Assembly (NCBI GenBank): GCA_045544955.1
Contig: JAZPZY010000046.1
Coordinates: forward strand, 128-64,127
Length of the DNA stretch: 64,000 nt
Reading direction: 5' to 3'
DNA from: Eubacteriales bacterium
GTDB taxonomy: Bacteria > Bacillota > Clostridia > Oscillospirales > CAG-272
Of this stretch, positions 29,954 through 40,475 are shown one piece after another. How positions within the stretch are numbered: position 1 is the stretch's first letter; every line of letters begins with the position of its first letter. The position numbers were made by a program, and so were the translations under genes. The notes beneath the pieces were generated by a model. The model made no database searches, was not told where the DNA came from, and saw only the letters and a program-made list of their open reading frames with translations.

Positions 29954-30671
29954 ATCGAGTTGTCATCGGAAATCCGGACACCCTTTTTCTCATGGCGGTA
30001 TCAAGGCAGGGAACTGCATTCAATTCATGCACAATGACATGTTCCAGAAGCGTTACGTGATTAGTCTCTAAATAGCGGAAAATTTCCTGAGTAAGAAAGA
30101 TATCTTCAGAAGACGGACGCATGGCACCGTCCACGTGATTGTGCATCAAAACAACGTAGGAGGCCTCCATCTGTTGGCAAAGACGGAGAATTTCTTCCGG
30201 GTAGGATTCCGGCCTTCGAAGATGTTCTTCTGCCAATGTGCGGACGGTGATGATCCTGCGCTGGGCATCCATCAAAAGTACGGCGACGGTGGCTGCCGGT
30301 TTGCCGAGGAACCATTCAGTAACGTACAAATATAGCCTTTCCCACGTAACGAGCGGCTCACTTCCGATTTCTTTCAGCTTTGCCGCCCGGACACTGTCAG
30401 CTACGGTACGGATGAGTGCAGCACTGGCGGGTCCGACTCCCGGCACTTTGCAAAGCTCTTCTTCCTTTGCGTTCAGAACGGCATACAAGGAGCCAAATTG
30501 TTTCAGCAGATTATGTGCAATCGGATTCGTGTTTGCACGGGGAATGGCGTGAAACAGCAACAGCTCCAATACCTCGTGTTCTTCAAAATCGTCAAAACCG
30601 CATCGCTTATATCGGCTTCGCAGCCGGGCACGGTGCCCGGCATGCACGTTTTGCGGATCGGATTTACTCAT
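29952..30671 (-). CDS. radC: RadC/UPF0758 family JAB-domain protein
   Basis: [20 protein letters not shown], HhH VPGVGP, HNH....PS.ED. Confidence 0.85.
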   Translation of the reverse strand: MSKSDPQNVHAGHRARLRSRYKRCGFDDFEEHEVLELLLFHAIPRANTNPIAHNLLKQFGSLYAVLNAKEEELCKVPGVGPASAALIRTVADSVRAAKLKEIGSEPLVTWERLYLYVTEWFLGKPAATVAVLLMDAQRRIITVRTLAEEHLRRPESYPEEILRLCQQMEASYVVLMHNHVDGAMRPSSEDIFLTQEIFRYLETNHVTLLEHVIVHELNAVPCLDTAMRKRVSGFPMTTR

Positions 30672-31734
30672 GTTCATCCTCACTGATGTTTATTTGACTG
30701 TCTGTGCCCATGGTTGTTGACGGACGGTAGGGAATACCCAAATGATCGTAGCCCAGCTTTGTTACACATCTGCCTCGGGGCGTACGGCTCAAAAAGCCGA
30801 TCTGCATAAGATAAGGCTCGTACACGTCTTCCAGAGTGATTGCCTCTTCGCCGACTGTTGCTGCCAACGTTTCCAGGCCAACTGGCCCGCCGCCGTAAAT
30901 GTCGATAATCGTGCGAAGCATTCGCCGGTCGATATTGTCAAGACCCAGTTCATCCACTTCCAGCATGGACAGCGCGTCTCTTGCCGAGGCCTCTGTAATG
31001 GTTCCGTCTCCCCGTACCTGTGCAAAATCACGAACACGTTTTAAAAAGCGGTTGGCGATACGAGGCGTTCCGCGGGAACGGGAGGCGATCTCAAGTGCAC
31101 CGTCATCCGTGATGGGAACGTTAAGAATACCCGCACTTCTGCGTACGATCTGTGCCAACTCTTCAGTTGTATACAGTTCCAGCTTTAATAGCACACCAAA
31201 CCGGTCACGCAGGGGTGTTGTCAGCTGACCGGCTCTCGTTGTAGCACCTACCAGGGTAAAATGAGGCAGCGGTACCCGGATGCTCCGCGCGGATGGGCCT
31301 TTGCCGATGATAATGTCCAGTGCGTAGTCTTCCATGGCTGGGTACAGGATTTCCTCTACGGAACGGGAGAGACGGTGAATCTCATCGATAAACAGCACGT
31401 CTCCTTCACCCAGATTGGTAAGGAGCGCGGCAAGATCTCCCTGCTTTTCAATGGCAGGACCTGACGTAATCCGGAGATTTACACCAAGTTCGGAGGCGAT
31501 GATGGCGGAAAGCGTCGTTTTACCGAGTCCAGGCGGTCCGTACAACAGTACGTGATCCAGACATTCACCGCGCAGCTTTGCAGCCTCAATATATATTTTC
31601 AAAATCTCTTTGGATTTGGTCTGTCCAACGTACTCTTCGAGAGAGTGAGGGCGGAGACTCAGTTCATTATCGCCGTCCTCGGACAGGCAATCTGTGGTGA
31701 CGATGCGGTTTTCAAAATCAAATTCCGTATCCAT
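30664..31734 (-). CDS. ruvB: Holliday junction branch migration ATPase RuvB
   Basis: [53 protein letters not shown]. Confidence 0.98.
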   Translation of the reverse strand: MDTEFDFENRIVTTDCLSEDGDNELSLRPHSLEEYVGQTKSKEILKIYIEAAKLRGECLDHVLLYGPPGLGKTTLSAIIASELGVNLRITSGPAIEKQGDLAALLTNLGEGDVLFIDEIHRLSRSVEEILYPAMEDYALDIIIGKGPSARSIRVPLPHFTLVGATTRAGQLTTPLRDRFGVLLKLELYTTEELAQIVRRSAGILNVPITDDGALEIASRSRGTPRIANRFLKRVRDFAQVRGDGTITEASARDALSMLEVDELGLDNIDRRMLRTIIDIYGGGPVGLETLAATVGEEAITLEDVYEPYLMQIGFLSRTPRGRCVTKLGYDHLGIPYRPSTTMGTDSQINISEDEHE

Positions 31735-31772
31735 GAAAAACTCCTTTTTTTACATTGGGAAAAGCGGTTGGA

Positions 31773-32396
31773 TTATTTCATCAGCACAGCAAGGGCAGAG
31801 CGGATTATATCCTCCAGGGCGGCGGATGTGTCCACTTTGGTGAGTGCTGTCGTCACTTCCGGCTTTCCGTATCCGAGCACAAGAAGCGCTGCTTTGGCGT
31901 CCTCCAGTTTTCCGCTTCTCTCGGCGGAAGTCTGCTGCGGCACGTCCGGGGAGAATGACGATCCACCTCCAGGGAAGGATTTGGCAATTTTATCTTTCAG
32001 ATCCAGAATAATCCGTGCGGCCGTTTTCGGTCCGACGTTCGGTGCTTTGGCGATGGCCTTGGCATCCTCCGCCGCCACTGCTGCCGAGAGTTTTTCCGGT
32101 GTCATTAAGGATAGAATGGACACGGCGGCTTTTGGGCCGACACCGGAAACGGTTATAAGCATCTTGAACATGGACAGTTCTTCCGTGGTGAAAAAGCCGA
32201 AAAGATCAATGCCGTCTTCCCGTACCTGCATGTGCGTATACAACCGCACCTGCTGCGGCTTTTCGGCAGCCAGCGGCAGTTTTGTCAGCGTGTTGGATGT
32301 AACGGTGACTTTATAGCCAACGCCGCCGCATTCCACGACGGCCACGGATGCCATGGCATCCGTGTAAATCAAATTCCCGGTAAGACAGTATATCAT
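31773..32396 (-). CDS. ruvA: Holliday junction binding protein RuvA
   Basis: GVGY, VRED...LFGF, VSGVGPK, VGPKTA.RIILDLK, AL..LGY. Confidence 0.96.
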   Translation of the reverse strand: MIYCLTGNLIYTDAMASVAVVECGGVGYKVTVTSNTLTKLPLAAEKPQQVRLYTHMQVREDGIDLFGFFTTEELSMFKMLITVSGVGPKAAVSILSLMTPEKLSAAVAAEDAKAIAKAPNVGPKTAARIILDLKDKIAKSFPGGGSSFSPDVPQQTSAERSGKLEDAKAALLVLGYGKPEVTTALTKVDTSAALEDIIRSALAVLMK

Positions 32397-35167
32397 ACGT
32401 CAGTTGTACCCCGTTTCTGTTTTCTTCGTTTGAGCAAAATTTCCCCGGTGCATATGGCGGCAAACACGGCGATTCCGGCAATGCTGATGACTGTGCCGTA
32501 TTTGACGCAGTCCGGTCTGTATTCAATAGAAATCGTGTGCTGACCGTCAGAGGGCAGGGTAAAGCCCATCAGTGCATCAAGGAGTACGCATGTCTCCACT
32601 TCTTTGCCGTCAACCTTCACAACCCAGCCGGCATCGTAGGGGATAGATGTGAACATTAGCGTTTGATTACTGTCTGCATTCACTGTGCCGTAGAAGGAAT
32701 CCTCCGTGTACGAATCAATCACAAAGGGAGAGGCGGATAAAGTGTTCATGGATTCCTTGAACAGTGCCTCGTCCAGATAGTAGAAGAACGGTTCATTGGT
32801 GGCAAGATACAGATCGTCACTGCGCAGTTTCAGGGCAATATCGATCTCTTGCCCGGCCTCAAACGGGCCGGCCGTGCGGATGGCGAAAGTTTCGTTTCCG
32901 AAGAAAGTGCCCACGTTATTACCGTCAATGATAAGATCTGCTTCCCGGGGATAGTCACTGGGGAAATAGACGTAAATGTAACCGCTTTGCGGTACTGTAA
33001 TGGTGAAGATCACTTTCGCATAGTCACCGGTGCGCTCCGGTGCGTACTTTTTATGTCCGACAACCATGGAGGAGATGCAGTTTTCATAGTCAATATCATC
33101 GGTACGGATTGCCTGGAATACTTTTACCTGCTTTCCGGCTCCGGTCATCTCGCCGATAAGATAATTCATCCGTTCAAAGGGGGAAGTGTACAGGGGATCT
33201 CCCAGGTTGAAGGTGCCGAGCGAGCGGTCTACGCCGAATGCAACGGGAAGTGCGTACGGATTTTCGTATACGATCAGATCGCCGTTGTTGGAGAATTCAC
33301 TGTAAAGCGCGGAAATGCGGTCGTCCGGTTCAGCGATCACGTACTTGATTCCGGTGATAGCATCCAGCACGGGGGTGCTTCCGTAATACTTTGTCCAGTG
33401 GGATTTGGACGTCATACCCAGTCGATTCAGAAACTCTATAACGCTGGCGTTTAGGGTGGATGTGGAGTTGGAAAGCCCGCGCATGCCCAGTGCCAGATTG
33501 TCGTTGGAGTTTCTGTGAATTGTTTTTTCCATTCGGTAGAAGGAATCGTCTTTTGCCTTAACATCGTCTACTACCGGCTGTATCCGATCCATCACGGAAC
33601 GGTAAGAATCACGTGAGGACACCACCACGTCCGCGTCAAGACAGATAATGTTGTGATAACCGGCACAGAACATTTCCAGGCATACGACGATGGCCATGAT
33701 CAGGGATGCAGTATGCCGTACGTCTTCCGCTTTCATAACGGAGGCTCGCAGAATAAAGAGATACAGTACACAGAACGCAAGAGAACCCCACACAGCCACC
33801 AGATCCGGCAGATTATCAAAATCCATCTTCTGCATGATCAGAAGAATGGCGGAAACGGCACCGGCGGCGGCAACCACGTATCTAAATCCGATTTCCCGGA
33901 TTTTTTCAAACGCTTTGAAAGCCATCAGGATGAACACAAAGCACAGCATGAAGCTGTATCGGTAGTTCAGCCAGTTGGGACGCTGAAATCCGTGCCAGAT
34001 CAGATCAAGTGTGCTGGCATTGAAGCTGACGATGAAAAATAGAATCAGAACGCCGGTAGCGACTTTCTCACGCGTTTTTACGTGGGGAGCAAAGAAATAC
34101 AGCGGCATGAGAAGAAGAGTCAGCATACCGGTATACAGCAGCGGAAGTCCTTCGGGACGAACCGTATCGTACGAGCCGAAGTACATCATGGAGATCATAT
34201 CGAGAAAATCAAATTTCTGCGTAAGGCCGAACGAAGGATTGGAAAACGTAGTTTTTCCAAAAGTGAGGGAATAATAGGCGGGAAGAATGATTATAGCCGC
34301 CATGGAAAGGGCGATGACGGAAAAAAGAGCGATGCGGCCGAGAGACAGGGCAAAGTGATGGCTTTTGCCGTGCGGATTTCTTTCTTCCGGCGTGCGGCTG
34401 AAGAAGTAGTAGAAGAAATACACCGCAACGAAAATGCAAGTCATATAGCCGATGTAGTAATTGCTTATGACCGCGAGAGCAAGCGTTACAACGAACAGCT
34501 TGTATTTCCCGTGCTTAATGATGGATTCTATGCCCAGAAGGATCAGGGGGAGGAAAATGACGTTATCGATCCACATGGTGTTATGCTGATAAACCACAGC
34601 GTACGCTGTCAGAGCGTACATGGTGGAGAAGATAACAGCAGCAACCGGATTTCTCTCTCTTGTCTTATGCAGGTAAACTCCAAAGGTTAAACCGCAAAGT
34701 CCCGTTTTCAAAACGAAAAGAACGAGCAGAGCCTCCGTCATCATTTCCTTGGGAAACAGAGCTACGATAAAAGACAGTGGGCTGGCGAGATAATAGGCGA
34801 TGATTCCCATAAATTCTCCGCCAAGAGTACGCCCGAAAGAGTAGATGAAGCTGCCCTCTCCCAGAAGAAGATCACGCAGTGCCTCAAAATAGAAGATATA
34901 CTGACCGTTCAGATCCAGTACGAGCACCGATTCCTCACCGAAAGGGTAGACACCCATGCCAATATGGATAAGCAGCATGAGGGCGGCGGGTACAAGAAAA
35001 CAGGCAAGAAGATATTTGTGACTTTCAAAGAAGGCTCGAACGGCTTCCTTTTTACTTGTCTTTTTTGTATAATAGGCTTCCGGATTCTCCGAAGATACGG
35101 CTTCCGGAGTCTCATCCGGCAAAAAATCGGTTTCAGAAGAGGTAATTTTTTCGTCAGACATTTTCAT
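32393..35167 (-). CDS. yfhO: YfhO-family multi-TM (GT-C type) glycosyltransferase
   Basis: DLNGQY, YYLASP, NYYIGYM, WHGFQRPNWLNYRYSF, SIPYD.GW...VDG. Confidence 0.9.
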   Translation of the reverse strand: MKMSDEKITSSETDFLPDETPEAVSSENPEAYYTKKTSKKEAVRAFFESHKYLLACFLVPAALMLLIHIGMGVYPFGEESVLVLDLNGQYIFYFEALRDLLLGEGSFIYSFGRTLGGEFMGIIAYYLASPLSFIVALFPKEMMTEALLVLFVLKTGLCGLTFGVYLHKTRERNPVAAVIFSTMYALTAYAVVYQHNTMWIDNVIFLPLILLGIESIIKHGKYKLFVVTLALAVISNYYIGYMTCIFVAVYFFYYFFSRTPEERNPHGKSHHFALSLGRIALFSVIALSMAAIIILPAYYSLTFGKTTFSNPSFGLTQKFDFLDMISMMYFGSYDTVRPEGLPLLYTGMLTLLLMPLYFFAPHVKTREKVATGVLILFFIVSFNASTLDLIWHGFQRPNWLNYRYSFMLCFVFILMAFKAFEKIREIGFRYVVAAAGAVSAILLIMQKMDFDNLPDLVAVWGSLAFCVLYLFILRASVMKAEDVRHTASLIMAIVVCLEMFCAGYHNIICLDADVVVSSRDSYRSVMDRIQPVVDDVKAKDDSFYRMEKTIHRNSNDNLALGMRGLSNSTSTLNASVIEFLNRLGMTSKSHWTKYYGSTPVLDAITGIKYVIAEPDDRISALYSEFSNNGDLIVYENPYALPVAFGVDRSLGTFNLGDPLYTSPFERMNYLIGEMTGAGKQVKVFQAIRTDDIDYENCISSMVVGHKKYAPERTGDYAKVIFTITVPQSGYIYVYFPSDYPREADLIIDGNNVGTFFGNETFAIRTAGPFEAGQEIDIALKLRSDDLYLATNEPFFYYLDEALFKESMNTLSASPFVIDSYTEDSFYGTVNADSNQTLMFTSIPYDAGWVVKVDGKEVETCVLLDALMGFTLPSDGQHTISIEYRPDCVKYGTVISIAGIAVFAAICTGEILLKRRKQKRGTTDV

Positions 35168-35363
35168 TTTCCTCCGCGGGAATAATTTTTTTAATCGCTT
35201 TTTCTAATTTGAGCCGTGGCAGTACCATGTCTCTGCCGCATCCGCTGCATACGATCCGGATATCACTGCCGATCCGGTGCACGGTGAATAATTTGGCTCC
35301 GCACGGATGTGTTTTTTTCAGTTCCAGCGTGTCTCCCACGCAGATTCTCGGGATACTGTTCAT
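35154..35363 (-). CDS. DUF951 family protein
   Basis: GD.LELKK.HPCG....R.GSDIRI.C.GC motif. Confidence 0.9.
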   Translation of the reverse strand: MNSIPRICVGDTLELKKTHPCGAKLFTVHRIGSDIRIVCSGCGRDMVLPRLKLEKAIKKIIPAEENENV

Positions 35364-35396
35364 GATGTGCTCCTTGAAAAAAGAAAATCACATCTT

Positions 35397-35425
35397 ATTA
35401 TACCATGTTTTGGTCAGGTTGTAAA
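35397..35425 (-). promoter_or_regulatory. SigmaA promoter of DUF951-yfhO-ruvA-ruvB-radC
   Basis: TTTACA-17 bp-TATAAT with extended -10 TG. Confidence 0.7.
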
Positions 35426-35497
35426 TCCTATTCATCCGTAAATCCAGAGAAAATATTGTTAACACAGAGAAAATATGAGTTTTTTGCATAAATGGTT

Positions 35498-35526
35498 TTG
35501 ACTTGCAAGCAATTCTGTGATATAAT
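35498..35526 (+). promoter_or_regulatory. SigmaA promoter of the ruvC operon
   Basis: TTGACT-17 bp-TATAAT with extended -10 TG. Confidence 0.78.
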
Positions 35527-35576
35527 ATACTGATTAGATATTTATACACGACATATTCGGTGAACGGGAGGTTTTT

Positions 35577-36110
35577 ATGGTAATTCTCGGTATCGATCCC
35601 GGACTGGCTATCGTTGGCTGGGGCGTTCTGTCTTACAACGGTTCCCGCTTTCAGCCGATGGCGTACGGATCTATACAGACAAAAGCAGGTTTACCAGTGG
35701 AAGAGCGCCTTTCGCAGATTTACGAAGGTCTTGCCTCCCTAATTCTGAAATATAAGCCGGATGCAGTGGCAGTGGAAGAACTGTTCTTTACTTCCAACAT
35801 CACCACGGGCATCGTTGTGGCAGAAGCGCGCGGAACGATTCTGCTGTGTGCTCACCGTCACGGTGTTCCCATTTACGAGTACACGCCTATGCAGGTGAAG
35901 CAGGCAGTCGTCGGGTACGGCAAGGCGGAAAAGAAGCAGGTTATTTCCATGGTCACTATGCTTCTCGGGTTATCGGCACCGCCGAAGCCGGACGATACAG
36001 CCGATGCTCTTGCCATCGCAATCTGCCACGCGCATACCGGTGCCTCAGGCATCGGTCAATACTACAACCGCCCAACAAAAATCGGCGGAATCTCCAAAGA
36101 AAAACGGTGA
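35577..36110 (+). CDS. ruvC: Holliday junction resolvase RuvC
   Basis: ILGIDPG, AVEELFF, EY.P.QVKQAVVGYGKAEK, DDTADALAIA. Confidence 0.97.
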   Translation: MVILGIDPGLAIVGWGVLSYNGSRFQPMAYGSIQTKAGLPVEERLSQIYEGLASLILKYKPDAVAVEELFFTSNITTGIVVAEARGTILLCAHRHGVPIYEYTPMQVKQAVVGYGKAEKKQVISMVTMLLGLSAPPKPDDTADALAIAICHAHTGASGIGQYYNRPTKIGGISKEKR

Positions 36111-36115
36111 AGCAG

Positions 36116-37021
36116 ATGTTTCAAAACGACAGTTGGATTGATTATGAACTTTTGGATGCTGCCCAGGGAGAGCGTTTGGAACGCTGGGGCAAGTACATCC
36201 TTATCCGTCCGGATCCGCAGGTGATCTGGCATTCGCCTAAAAAGCATCCGATGTGGAATAAGGCGGACGGCGTGTACCGTCGCTCCAAAAGCGGCGGAGG
36301 CAGCTGGGTTGTGGCCAAAATGCCTGCCGATTGGAATATTTCCTACGGCGAGCTTACGTTTAAACTTCGTCCTATGGGATTCAAGCACACGGGGCTTTTT
36401 CCGGAGCAGGCCGTAAACTGGGATTGGTTCTCCGCTATTCTCAAAAACGCACGTAAGGCTCAGCCGGATTATCAGCCGAAAGTGCTGAATCTGTTTGCTT
36501 ATACCGGCGGTGCTACCGCCGCTGCCGCCAAAGCCGGTGCGGCCGTATGTCATGTGGATGCCTCCAAGGGTATGGTCAACGCCGCAAAGGAAAACCTCCG
36601 GCTTTCCGGCTTGGGGGATGCACCGGTACGCTACATCGTGGACGATTGCCGGAAATTCGTTGAACGGGAAATCCGCCGCGGAAACCGGTATGACGGCGTT
36701 ATCATGGATCCGCCTTCGTACGGACGAGGGCCGAACGGGGAAGTGTGGAAGCTGGAGGAATGTGCCTACGATCTCCTGCAGCTCGTAGTACGGGTTCTGA
36801 CGGAAAAGCCACTGTTCTTCCTGATCAATTCATACACTACCGGCCTTTCCCCAGCTTCTATGGGATACATGCTTATGGAGCTTATGCCGCAGGCAAAAAC
36901 AGGCGTTTTGTCAACGGGCGAGTTGGGACTTCCGGTTATGAAAAGCGGACTGTATCTTCCGGCAGGTGCCAGTGCACGCTGGCAGAGAAGTGATACGGTG
37001 CAGGAGAAGGACGATGAGTGA
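36116..37021 (+). CDS. Class I SAM-dependent methyltransferase (RlmI/RlmK-like)
   Basis: KHTGLFPEQ, VLNLFAYTG, HVDAS, MDPPSYG; the upstream extension in the ORF track overlaps ruvC and is not credible. Confidence 0.85.
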   Translation: MFQNDSWIDYELLDAAQGERLERWGKYILIRPDPQVIWHSPKKHPMWNKADGVYRRSKSGGGSWVVAKMPADWNISYGELTFKLRPMGFKHTGLFPEQAVNWDWFSAILKNARKAQPDYQPKVLNLFAYTGGATAAAAKAGAAVCHVDASKGMVNAAKENLRLSGLGDAPVRYIVDDCRKFVEREIRRGNRYDGVIMDPPSYGRGPNGEVWKLEECAYDLLQLVVRVLTEKPLFFLINSYTTGLSPASMGYMLMELMPQAKTGVLSTGELGLPVMKSGLYLPAGASARWQRSDTVQEKDDE

Positions 37022-37910
37022 TACGCAAAAAAAGCCGATTATCGAGGTTCGTGATCTTTCGTTTGCCTATCCCGATGAGGAGGGAAACTCTTCCGGTAAA
37101 GCACTCGATCACGTCAATCTTTCTATTGAAGAAGGTTCATTCGTTGCCATTCTCGGTCACAACGGAAGCGGAAAATCCACGCTGGCCAAAATGATGAGCA
37201 TGATTCTTATGCCGGACAGCGGCAGTGTGTATATTGATGGAAAAAACATGACCGCTGAGGATATTACGGAAGAGGACGTGCTGGACGCACGCCGCAAGGT
37301 AGGGATGGTATTTCAGAATCCGGATAACCAGATCGTCGCTACCGTCGTAGAAGAGGACGTGGCGTTTGGACCGGAGAATCTGGGTCTGCCCTCTGCGGAG
37401 ATCCGCCGCCGTGTGGATGAAGCCTTACAGATGGTGGGCATGACGAAATATGCACGTCATGCACCGTACAAGCTCTCCGGCGGTCAGAAGCAGCGCGTGG
37501 CCATTGCCGGAATTATAGCTATGCGTCGCCGCTGTATTATCTTTGACGAGAGTACTGCCATGCTGGATCCCTCCGGACGGCGTGAAGTAATGGATACCAT
37601 TGAGCGGCTGAACAGGGAAGAGAACATTACCGTTCTCCATATAACCCACTATATGAACGAGGCCGTTCGTGCCGATCGGGTAGTAGTAATGGATAAGGGA
37701 CGGATTTTGATGGACGGAACGCCGGCCGAAATCTTTAGCCACCCGGAAGAACTCTGGCGCGTGCGGCTTGACGTGCCGCAGACGACGGAACTGTTGTACA
37801 GAATGAAACAAAGCGGCTATGACGTCCGTTTGGATATTTTTGATCCCGACGGCTGTGCCGCAGAAATTTCGGCTGCGATCAAAAAAAGAAGGACGCAGAC
37901 CGACCGTTAA
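37014..37910 (+). CDS. ecfA1: ECF transporter ATPase A
   Basis: GHNGSGKST, VFQNPDNQ, LSGGQKQR, DESTAMLDP. Confidence 0.93.
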   Translation: MSDTQKKPIIEVRDLSFAYPDEEGNSSGKALDHVNLSIEEGSFVAILGHNGSGKSTLAKMMSMILMPDSGSVYIDGKNMTAEDITEEDVLDARRKVGMVFQNPDNQIVATVVEEDVAFGPENLGLPSAEIRRRVDEALQMVGMTKYARHAPYKLSGGQKQRVAIAGIIAMRRRCIIFDESTAMLDPSGRREVMDTIERLNREENITVLHITHYMNEAVRADRVVVMDKGRILMDGTPAEIFSHPEELWRVRLDVPQTTELLYRMKQSGYDVRLDIFDPDGCAAEISAAIKKRRTQTDR

Positions 37911-37957
37911 TTTTTTCGAAAGGATTCTCACAGCGTATTCACTGTGGGCGTAGAAAC

Positions 37958-38821
37958 ATGGCTCAGGTTGAACTGAAAAATATATCGTTTGTTTATGGTG
38001 CAGGAGAACCGTATGAGATCCGGGCACTGGACAACGTATGCCTTACCTTGGGCGGCTCTGTCATGACCGGCATCATGGGACATACCGGAAGCGGAAAATC
38101 CACACTGGTACAGCTTTTGAACGGTATTCTGAAACCGACCGAGGGGCAGATCCTGCTGGACGGAACGGATATCTGGGCAGAACCGAAAAAGATCCGTGAC
38201 GTTCGTTTTAAGGTCGGCGTGGTCATGCAGTACCCGGAGTACCAGCTGTTTGATGAAACGGTCCGGGAAGATATTGCTTTCGGACCCAGGAACATGGGCA
38301 TGTCCCAGGATGAGATTCAAACGCGCGTGCTGGAAGCCGCCAGGTTTGCCGGGCTGGATGAGGCGCTTCTTGACAAATCTCCCTTTGATCTGTCGGGCGG
38401 ACAGAAACGCCGGGCGGCTTTAGCGGGTGTGATTGCCATGCAGCCGGAGATCCTCGTGCTAGATGAGCCTGCCGCCGGTCTGGATCCGGGCGGACGGAAT
38501 GAAATACTCAGCAGTATCAAGGAATATCAAAGGTCCAGCGGAACCTCCGTGATTATCGTAAGCCATAGCATGGAGGACATGGCGCTTTACTGCGACCGCG
38601 TTATTGTGATGGCTTCCGGGCGGGTGTTCATGGACGGCACCTGTGCTGACGTTTTCAGCCGATACGATGAACTGATTTCCGTCGGTCTTGACGTGCCGCA
38701 GATCACCTATGTAGCAGCGGCACTGCAGAAGAACGGACTTGATATAGGCAGAGATGTATATACCGTGAAATTTGCCGCTTCCCGTATTCTGGAAAAAACG
38801 GAAAAGGAGGCGGAGAAATGA
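37958..38821 (+). CDS. ecfA2: ECF transporter ATPase A'
   Basis: GHTGSGKST, QYPEYQLF, SPFDLSGGQKRR, DEPAAGLDP. Confidence 0.93.
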   Translation: MAQVELKNISFVYGAGEPYEIRALDNVCLTLGGSVMTGIMGHTGSGKSTLVQLLNGILKPTEGQILLDGTDIWAEPKKIRDVRFKVGVVMQYPEYQLFDETVREDIAFGPRNMGMSQDEIQTRVLEAARFAGLDEALLDKSPFDLSGGQKRRAALAGVIAMQPEILVLDEPAAGLDPGGRNEILSSIKEYQRSSGTSVIIVSHSMEDMALYCDRVIVMASGRVFMDGTCADVFSRYDELISVGLDVPQITYVAAALQKNGLDIGRDVYTVKFAASRILEKTEKEAEK

Positions 38822-39642
38822 ATCTGGATATTTCATTCGGGCAGTACTGCGAGGGGAGATCTCTCCTTCACCTTATGGATCCCCGGGCAAAGATCATTGC
38901 ATCGATTCTCTATATCGTGGTGATCTTCCTTGCCGATAATTTGGTTTCTTTTGGGCTTTTGCTGCTGTCTGCCGTGGCACTGGTGATGATTTCCGGCATT
39001 TCACCAAGGATCATCCTAAAAGGCATGAAAGCACTCACTCTAATCATCATTTTCACTTCTGTCATCAACATTTTCTGGATGACAGGGGAAACGCTTCTCG
39101 TTTCCTTCGGAATCATTCACATCTATCTTGAGGGTATATTGAACGCGTTTATGATCGCTTTGCGTATTATTATCCTTCTGGTAGGCACCTCCGTTTTCAT
39201 GACGTATACCACCACGCCGATCGCTTTGACGGACGGACTTGAGCAGCTGCTCGCCCCTCTCAAAAAGCTGCATCTGCCCGTGCACGAATTTTCCATGATG
39301 ATGACTATTGCTCTGCGTTTTATTCCTACGCTTGTGGAAGAAACGCAAAAGATCATGAATGCACAGAAAGCGAGAGGTGCGGATTTTTCCACCGGTTCGC
39401 TTATGCAACGTGCGAAAGCACTGATTCCCATACTTGTGCCGCTGTTTATCTCTGCATTTCGACGTGCGGAGGAGTTGGCGACGGCTATGGAATGTCGCTG
39501 CTACACCGGCGGCGACGGGCGGACGAGAATGAACGTTCTCCACGCAGGCGCAAAAGATATTTTACTGTGCGTGGGCGTTCTTCTTCTGGGTGTCGCTGTA
39601 TTATTTACAAACGGACTCGGCGGACATACGCTGTCTTTCTGA
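38818..39642 (+). CDS. ecfT: ECF transporter T component
   Basis: DPRAKI, IALRFIPTL, AQKARG, AMECRCY. Confidence 0.93.
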   Translation: MNLDISFGQYCEGRSLLHLMDPRAKIIASILYIVVIFLADNLVSFGLLLLSAVALVMISGISPRIILKGMKALTLIIIFTSVINIFWMTGETLLVSFGIIHIYLEGILNAFMIALRIIILLVGTSVFMTYTTTPIALTDGLEQLLAPLKKLHLPVHEFSMMMTIALRFIPTLVEETQKIMNAQKARGADFSTGSLMQRAKALIPILVPLFISAFRRAEELATAMECRCYTGGDGRTRMNVLHAGAKDILLCVGVLLLGVAVLFTNGLGGHTLSF

Positions 39643-39648
39643 AACAAT

Positions 39649-40443
39649 ATGAATATTTTACTGAAACTGTCTTTTGACGGCAGAAACTATTGCGGATTTC
39701 AATCGCAGCCGAACGGCCGTGCCATACAGAACGTGCTGACGGATGTTTTTTCAGATCTTTTTGGTTTCCCCTGTGCGATTACCGGATGCAGCCGCACTGA
39801 CAGCGGTGTGCATGCTCTGCAGTTTTGTGCCCTTCTGTCGCCGCGTGAAAAAACGGCGGATGACACCTGGTGTTCCATTCCCGTTGGCAAAGTACACCGT
39901 GCCGCGAATTGCCGTCTGCCGGATGATATTGCCGTCACTGCAGCGGCTTCCGTTCCCGATAATTTTCACCCCCGGTATGACGTGATCAAGAAAGAATACG
40001 TGTACCGTATTTTCGATTCCCCTTTTCGCAGCCCGTTCCTTTCCGGCCGTGCATATCATACGCCCCGCCGGATAGATGAAGAGGCGGTGCGGCGTATGAA
40101 CGATGCGGCAGCCCTGTTTGTTGGCGAGCATAACTTTGCTGCATTTATGGCGACAGGCTCGAAGATTACCGAGCCGCACCGGATGGTTTACACTGCAACG
40201 GTTCGAAGAGAGGCCGACGGCCTTTTGACATACCGTGTGGAAGCCAACGGATTTCTGTATAACATGGTACGGATCATGGCTGGAACGCTTCTGGAAATTG
40301 CCGCTGACAGCCGCCGTGCCGACGATGTTGTGGAGGCGCTTGCCACCGGGGATCGCACGAAAGCCGGTTTTACGGCCCCGCCGGAAGGGCTGTATCTGTC
40401 GCAAGTTACCTATAATCGGGAGATTCACTGGCTTTGTGAATAA
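39649..40443 (+). CDS. truA: tRNA pseudouridine(38-40) synthase
   Basis: SRTDSGVHA, GFLYNMVR, APPEGLYL. Confidence 0.96.
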   Translation: MNILLKLSFDGRNYCGFQSQPNGRAIQNVLTDVFSDLFGFPCAITGCSRTDSGVHALQFCALLSPREKTADDTWCSIPVGKVHRAANCRLPDDIAVTAAASVPDNFHPRYDVIKKEYVYRIFDSPFRSPFLSGRAYHTPRRIDEEAVRRMNDAAALFVGEHNFAAFMATGSKITEPHRMVYTATVRREADGLLTYRVEANGFLYNMVRIMAGTLLEIAADSRRADDVVEALATGDRTKAGFTAPPEGLYLSQVTYNREIHWLCE

Positions 40444-40475
40444 TCACTGACTGCAGACAAAAGGAGGATGCATTT

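Noticed and set aside
29952-30671. radC as a marker of a mobile element
   Set aside because: It is the long HhH-containing chromosomal type, coupled to ruvB, with no integrase, repeats or cargo nearby.
35846-36115. 90-aa N-terminal extension of the methyltransferase overlapping ruvC
   Set aside because: Arg/Ser-rich off-frame translation of ruvC; family similarity begins at about 36116.
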